In this document: positions 59,090-64,000 of the stretch, in pieces
How the letters are laid out: each line of letters opens with the position of its first letter
Numbering within the stretch: position 1 is the stretch's first letter
Assembly: GCA_963817895.1 (NCBI GenBank)
Contig: CAWFQB010000005.1
Coordinates: forward strand, 384,001 to 448,000
Reading direction: 5' to 3'
DNA from: an uncultured Chthonomonadaceae bacterium
Lineage (GTDB): Bacteria > Armatimonadota > Chthonomonadetes > Chthonomonadales > Chthonomonadaceae
DNA: 64,000 nucleotides
Program-made: the position numbers and the translations under genes
The notes under the pieces: model-generated
What the model saw: only the letters and a program-made list of their open reading frames with translations
Told to the model about the DNA's origin: nothing
The model's database searches: none

Positions 59090-60742
59090 ATGTTTGAAAC
59101 GGTGCGGTTGGAGAAAACGGAGCGTCCCGCCGTTGTGGTCATCGGGATGTTCAAGGATAGGGACGCGGTAAGCGATTTGGCGCAGGTTTTGCCCCTGTAC
59201 GGGCGTCCGGTTGTCGAAGCCGCGCTGTCCCGGCGGGAATGGACGGGCGACGCGGGCAGCATCAGCGAAGCGTTTCCACAGGGCGAAAACGCGCCGCAGC
59301 GTATTCTCATCGTTGGGCTGGGCAAGCGCGACAAGCTGAACGCCGAAGCTATGCGCGACATTGCCGCCAAAGTGGGGCGGCGATTGGCGCAAATTAAAGA
59401 GCCGAATGTCCGCGTAGAAATGGCCCCCCTGCTTAAAGCGGCAGGCGTAGACGAGACGCAAATCACGCTGTACGGACGCTGCTGGGGCGAAAGTCTGGGA
59501 CTGCTGGCCTGGAACGCGCGAACGCTGGCGGGCAGCGCGACCAAAAACAGAGCCACAAATGGCGAGCCTGGCGACACTAGCGGCGCAAACGGCAGTGAGG
59601 GCGGCAAAGAGGATACTACTGCGCCCGACCGGATCGCCCTGACCGTGACCGCTTCCGATACGGCGTTTACGGCGGGGCTGGAATATGGCCTGACGCTGGC
59701 GGATGCCGTGAATCGGGCGCGCGCTCTCAGCCAAACCCCGCCCAACATCGCCACGCCCCTCTACATCGCGCAACTTGCGCTACAGCTTGCCGCAGAAACC
59801 GGCCTCACTTGCCGCATCCTTCAGGGCGAGGAACTGGAACAGGAACAACTCGCCGGACTAATCAACGTCGGCAAAGCATCCGTCAACCCGCCGTGCCTGA
59901 TACGGTTAGAGTATATGCCGGCAGAGGGAAGAGAAGAGATACGAGATACGAGATACGAGATACGAGAAGGAGCGGATTCACCAACCACCAACCACCAGCC
60001 ACCAACCACCTTAGTCTTGATTGGTAAAACCATTACCTACGATACCGGCGGATTGTCGCTGAAAATCAACAATGGCATGGTGGGCATGAAGCGCGACAAG
60101 GATGGCGGTTGCGCCGTCCTGGGCGCGATGGCGGCGGTTGCCACGTTGCTCAAACCGAACTTTCCGGTTGTCGGGCTGCTCGTGGCGGCGGAAAACATGG
60201 TTAGCGACGCCGCGTTCCGGCCCGATGATGTGCTGACGTACCGCAACGGCGTTACGGTCGAAGTGACGAATACGGACGCGGAGGGGCGTTTGGTGTTGGC
60301 GGACGCGCTGTGCTGGGCGTGTGAACGGGAAAATCCGGGCGCGATTGTGGATTTGGCGACATTGACGGGCGGCGTGGTCACGGCACTGGGTTCCACGTAT
60401 GCGGGGCTGTTCTGCGAGGACGACGGCCTGCGCGCGCAACTGGAACAGGCGAGTGAGGCAAGCGGCGAACGCATCTGGCGGCTGCCGCTGCATCAGGAAT
60501 ACCGGGACATGCTCAAATCGCCCGTTGCCGACATTATCAATTCCAATCCTAATCGCAAAGCGCATCCCATACAGGGCGCGGCCTTTCTGAGCTACTTTGT
60601 TACGGAAAATATGCCCTGGGCGCACATAGACATTGCGGGCGTTCACGCCGTTGACGGCGACAATGGTCCCTTCGTGAAAGGTCCGACGGGCTACGGCGTC
60701 CGCCTGCTCGCCGATCTCGTCACCGCCTACACGCCAAAGTAA
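59090..60742 (+). CDS. pepA: Leucyl aminopeptidase (M17)
   Basis: GKTITYDTGG, MKRDKDG, AENM, NTDAEGRLVLAD, DLATLTG, WAHIDIAG. Confidence 0.92.
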   Translation: MFETVRLEKTERPAVVVIGMFKDRDAVSDLAQVLPLYGRPVVEAALSRREWTGDAGSISEAFPQGENAPQRILIVGLGKRDKLNAEAMRDIAAKVGRRLAQIKEPNVRVEMAPLLKAAGVDETQITLYGRCWGESLGLLAWNARTLAGSATKNRATNGEPGDTSGANGSEGGKEDTTAPDRIALTVTASDTAFTAGLEYGLTLADAVNRARALSQTPPNIATPLYIAQLALQLAAETGLTCRILQGEELEQEQLAGLINVGKASVNPPCLIRLEYMPAEGREEIRDTRYEIREGADSPTTNHQPPTTLVLIGKTITYDTGGLSLKINNGMVGMKRDKDGGCAVLGAMAAVATLLKPNFPVVGLLVAAENMVSDAAFRPDDVLTYRNGVTVEVTNTDAEGRLVLADALCWACERENPGAIVDLATLTGGVVTALGSTYAGLFCEDDGLRAQLEQASEASGERIWRLPLHQEYRDMLKSPVADIINSNPNRKAHPIQGAAFLSYFVTENMPWAHIDIAGVHAVDGDNGPFVKGPTGYGVRLLADLVTAYTPK

Positions 60743-60792
60743 TTTTCGTTTCAGACCGTAACTCTTCCGCCTCATCTCCCAACGAACCAGTC

Positions 60793-60838
60793 TCCCCTTC
60801 TCCCAGGCTTTTTTGGGACAAGGGGCGGGGGTGAGGGC
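60793..60838. repeat. CCCCTTCTCCC...GGGAxAAGGGG-GGGGGTGAGGG palindromic repeat
   Basis: Same family as 13352 and 38389. Confidence 0.7.
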
Positions 60839-60854
60839 TACTCCGAGGAAAACC

Positions 60855-61766
60855 ATGAAAACTACCACTGTTGCCACTGTACTGACCGGCCTCGCACTGG
60901 GAATTCTGCCCGCCCCACCCGTCCGCGCCCAGGAAACGCCTGCCGCAAAAACAAAGCCGGCTGAGAACCAGTCCAAAAAGGATGATAAAGCGAATGGCGG
61001 CGCGAATGGGCAAGCCGGACAAGAAGGAGGGGACGCGCAGGAGGACTTGATTAACCCGGATCGCCCCGGCATCGCTAACGGCAGCCAGGTCATCGGGCCG
61101 CGCCGGTTTCAGATCGAGGCGGGCGTACAAACCTACTTTTTGGGCGGCGGCAGTTCGACAGCGCGACTGTTGAGTGTCCCCACGCTGCTGCGCTTCGGGC
61201 TGGACAAACGCTACGAGATTCGCGTGGAAACTATCGGTTATTCGGCGTTAAGCACAAGCGACCCGGTTGCGGGCTTGCAGCACGCGGAGGGTTTCGGGCA
61301 GACTTCCATCGGGTTCAAGCGGACATTTCAGGCGTCGAGCGGGGCGAAGCATCCGGGCGTGGGAACTATTGTACGCTTTTTCCCCGCTTCCGGGGGCGGC
61401 GGGTTTGAAACCAAACACGCCACGTATGACGCGCTGCTGTGCGCCGACTGGGATTTTGCGCCCCACCTGTCCCTGAACCCCAACATCGGCTTTGGCGTGA
61501 ATGAGGACAGCAACGGAATTTTGTATGGCAACTTTCAACTGGCGTCCACGCTGACCTACGCCCCTACCACACATCTCGGCTTCTTCGTGGACTTCGGCTA
61601 TCAGGCCCCGGAAGAGGCGGGCGGGAGCGAGTCGCTAATCTATGACGCGGGCGCAACCTACATTGTGGGGCGCAATGTGCAGTTGGATGTTTCCGTCGGC
61701 ACGGGCGCGCGGGGCCGAAACTCGCCCCATCCCTTCTGGTCTACGGGCGTCAGCGTCCGGTTCTAG
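60855..61766 (+). CDS. Outer-membrane beta-barrel (MetA-phenol-degradation-like transporter family)
   Basis: Signal peptide; INPDRPG, FQIEAG, LLRFGL; terminal VSVRF. Confidence 0.8.
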   Translation: MKTTTVATVLTGLALGILPAPPVRAQETPAAKTKPAENQSKKDDKANGGANGQAGQEGGDAQEDLINPDRPGIANGSQVIGPRRFQIEAGVQTYFLGGGSSTARLLSVPTLLRFGLDKRYEIRVETIGYSALSTSDPVAGLQHAEGFGQTSIGFKRTFQASSGAKHPGVGTIVRFFPASGGGGFETKHATYDALLCADWDFAPHLSLNPNIGFGVNEDSNGILYGNFQLASTLTYAPTTHLGFFVDFGYQAPEEAGGSESLIYDAGATYIVGRNVQLDVSVGTGARGRNSPHPFWSTGVSVRF

Positions 61767-61796
61767 TATATAAGAACGCCCCAAAAAGGAAAACAT

Positions 61797-62825
61797 TTGA
61801 AAGCGGGAGTTTTAACGGTCAGCGATGGGTGCGCGCGTGGGGAACGGGAAGACGTTTCGGGGGCCACGCTTGCCGACACGTTGCAGGCAAATGGCTATGA
61901 AATCGTTCAGCGCGCGATTGTGCCGGACGAATTGGAAACCATTGCTGACACGCTGCGGCAGTGGCGCGCGTCCGGCTGCGACCTGATTATGACGACGGGC
62001 GGCACGGGATTTTCGCCTCGCGACATCACGCCGGAAGCCACTCGCGCCGTTGTGGAACGCGACGCGCCCGGTCTGGCCGAACTGCTGCGCTGGACGGGCT
62101 ACCAGAAGTTCCCCCGCGCTGTCCTGTCGCGTGGGGTTGCGGGCATTTGCGGCCAAACCCTGATTGTCAATCTGCCCGGAAGTCCCGGCGGCGTCCGCGA
62201 CGGTCTGGACACTCTGCTCCCGCTCCTCCCCCACGCCCTCGCCCTGCTGCGCGACGAACCGGTGGATCATACGCCTGTAAAGGAGGGTGTCGGGTTTCGG
62301 ATTTCGGGTGTCGGGGAAAATGCCAAGCCGACAAAGTCTGTTGAAAATGATAACACCCGACACCCGACACCCAACACCGTTGCCGTTCTGGAAACTAATC
62401 TGGACGATTTTTCGCCGGAGTTGTACGAGGTGGTGATGGAGCGGTTGTTTGCGGCGGGGGCGGTGGATGTGTTTTTGACCGACATTCAGATGAAGAAAAA
62501 TCGGCCTGCCACTCTGCTGACAGTTCTGGCGGCGGAAGACAAACGCGACGAAATGGCGGCAGTTTTGTTTGCGGAAACCAGCACGTTCGGGATTCGGCAT
62601 ACGGCTATGCAGCGCATGACACTGGAACGACGGTGGGAAACGGTAGAAACGCCTTATGGTTCGGTTCGCGTGAAAATCGGGAGTTGGCAGGGACGCGATA
62701 CAACCGCTTCGCCCGAATACGAGGACGTGAAAGCCGCCGCCCGCGCGCATAGCGTTCCCGCCAAAACCGTCTACGCGGCGGCGCAGGCGGCTTTCGCCAA
62801 TACGCGCCAGGCGGCTTCTTCGTAA
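61797..62825 (+). CDS. Fusion: MoaB/MogA domain + LarC C-terminal domain
   Basis: VLTVSD...TTGGTGFSPRDITPEAT...SRGVAG...NLPGSP; then LETNLDD...MKKNRP...ETSTFGIR...TPYGSVRVK...PEYED. Confidence 0.88.
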   Translation: MKAGVLTVSDGCARGEREDVSGATLADTLQANGYEIVQRAIVPDELETIADTLRQWRASGCDLIMTTGGTGFSPRDITPEATRAVVERDAPGLAELLRWTGYQKFPRAVLSRGVAGICGQTLIVNLPGSPGGVRDGLDTLLPLLPHALALLRDEPVDHTPVKEGVGFRISGVGENAKPTKSVENDNTRHPTPNTVAVLETNLDDFSPELYEVVMERLFAAGAVDVFLTDIQMKKNRPATLLTVLAAEDKRDEMAAVLFAETSTFGIRHTAMQRMTLERRWETVETPYGSVRVKIGSWQGRDTTASPEYEDVKAAARAHSVPAKTVYAAAQAAFANTRQAASS

Positions 62826-62850
62826 ATGTTCGGGACAGGCATCAAGTACA

Positions 62851-62882
62851 TGGCAAACTCCGGCTGTAGCGGGAGTTTGCCA
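62851..62882. terminator. Hairpin between convergent genes
   Basis: TGGCAAACTCC-loop-GGAGTTTGCCA. Confidence 0.7.
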
Positions 62883-62902
62883 CGCAACAGCGCGGGACGT
62901 GT

Positions 62903-63850
62903 CTACTGAAATACCGGAAATTGAGTGTGGCTCAAACTGCTGTTGACATCATGGCGGAGGCGATCCGCAAAGACCAGGGCCGCAATTCCCAACAGAACCC
63001 CTCCCCCGATTATATAGGGCCAGGGACTGCCGCCATGAGAAACGCGGTCATTGCGAAACGCGGATTCCGCCAGAACCTGATCGTCTTTTTTTACTTGCAG
63101 CGTGGTTTTGCCGGGCGTCCCCTCCGGGCTTTCCACGATGAGCAGACGGGACGAGGCCGCTAACAGGCGCGCGGGCTTGTCGCCCACCTGCGCCTGATAC
63201 ATCAGCGCGTCTGCGCCCACATTGCCCTGTAATACCAGTGGACGTCCGATGTCGCCCCGCTTCGGCAAGATAAATTTGCCGTTTGTCGCGCCGCCGCTCG
63301 GCGGATTGTCGGACGGGGAGGCGGTTTTGGAGGAGTTGGCGGCAATTGGCGACGCAACTATGGGCAACTCCGTCTGCGCCAGTGAGCGATCCTGCGCATC
63401 CTCCAGGATCAGCGTGTTGGTATCCGGGCGCGTTTCGGCAGGCAGTGTCCAGGTCAGGGGCGTTTCCTGTACCGGGTGGTTCTGCGCGTTCCAGACCAGA
63501 TGATAGGCGGCGAGGGCGGCGCGATTCGTGGTACGCTCGGCCTCCTCTTTACCTTTGGGCTGTAGGCGCATCGTGCCGACAACGCTTTCGGAGGGATGCA
63601 GGTCCGGGGGCAAATACACGAGTATTTTGCCCTCCGGCGTCTGGTACGTGGCGATACACACGCCGGAAGCGGCATCAAGAGTGGCGCGAAACCCTTTGCG
63701 GGCATGGAACACGGAGCGCGTATCCTGCGCCCCCGCGCCCGGAAGAAAACTGCTGACAATCCCTGTATTCAGGAGAAAAGCGAGGAACAAACAACTCCGC
63801 CGCGCGCGTTTTCTCCGCGTGGACTGGCACACTGCTGAACGATAACGCAT
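62903..63850 (-). CDS. Exported hypothetical protein with Ig/IPT-like region and C-terminal TM
   Basis: AAAGGAG RBS; signal-like N-terminus; C-terminal WPYIIGGGVLLGIAALVF. Confidence 0.7.
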   Translation of the reverse strand: MRYRSAVCQSTRRKRARRSCLFLAFLLNTGIVSSFLPGAGAQDTRSVFHARKGFRATLDAASGVCIATYQTPEGKILVYLPPDLHPSESVVGTMRLQPKGKEEAERTTNRAALAAYHLVWNAQNHPVQETPLTWTLPAETRPDTNTLILEDAQDRSLAQTELPIVASPIAANSSKTASPSDNPPSGGATNGKFILPKRGDIGRPLVLQGNVGADALMYQAQVGDKPARLLAASSRLLIVESPEGTPGKTTLQVKKDDQVLAESAFRNDRVSHGGSPWPYIIGGGVLLGIAALVFADRLRHDVNSSLSHTQFPVFQ

Positions 63851-64000
63851 GACACACTCCTTTGAATCTGCTGTTTGATCTGCGATACAATCGTCTTCTG
63901 CCTGACGCCGGTTTAACCACCAATTTGCTGTCCCGAATTTTGTCTGTTGCGCTACGATAGCGTCCGCGCGGCTTTAGCGGCCTGTTTGCGCCGTCGCAGA

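Overview
GC-rich bacterial chromosomal window. The gene content suggests a diderm Terrabacterium such as Armatimonadota (inference): PEP-CTERM proteins, three BTAD/SARP-NB-ARC-TPR regulators, and flgH/flgI together with fliW-csrA. In order it holds: the 5' part of mfd (running off the window), two accessory proteins (one cut by a MITE), a BTAD-STAND regulator divergent from an unusual ECF-like sigma factor, a flgFGAHIJNKL-fliW-csrA flagellar cluster, PEP-CTERM genes, an ArsR/DUF6428/aquaporin/metallophosphoesterase operon, GH127, a YjhG/YagF-type dehydratase, three tandem paralogous membrane proteins, an S9 peptidase, GH78, a two-component/BTAD cascade, an M17 aminopeptidase and a MoaB-LarC(C-terminal) fusion. 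No rRNA, tRNA or CRISPR array was seen. The most striking non-gene signals are three. (1) A shared vocabulary of 7-8 nt tandem repeats, often G-rich run then C-rich run, fills intergenic gaps and is also translated in frame inside at least seven conserved proteins. (2) A recurring promoter architecture, ACG-N8-ACG-N9-TANNNT, lies directly downstream of two BTAD regulators and at a third site, always ahead of exported-protein genes. (3) Two MITEs have clear target-site duplications. Several genes carry 1-nt frameshifts clustered at 14.8-21.4, 31.6-33.7 and 39 kb, probably consensus errors.
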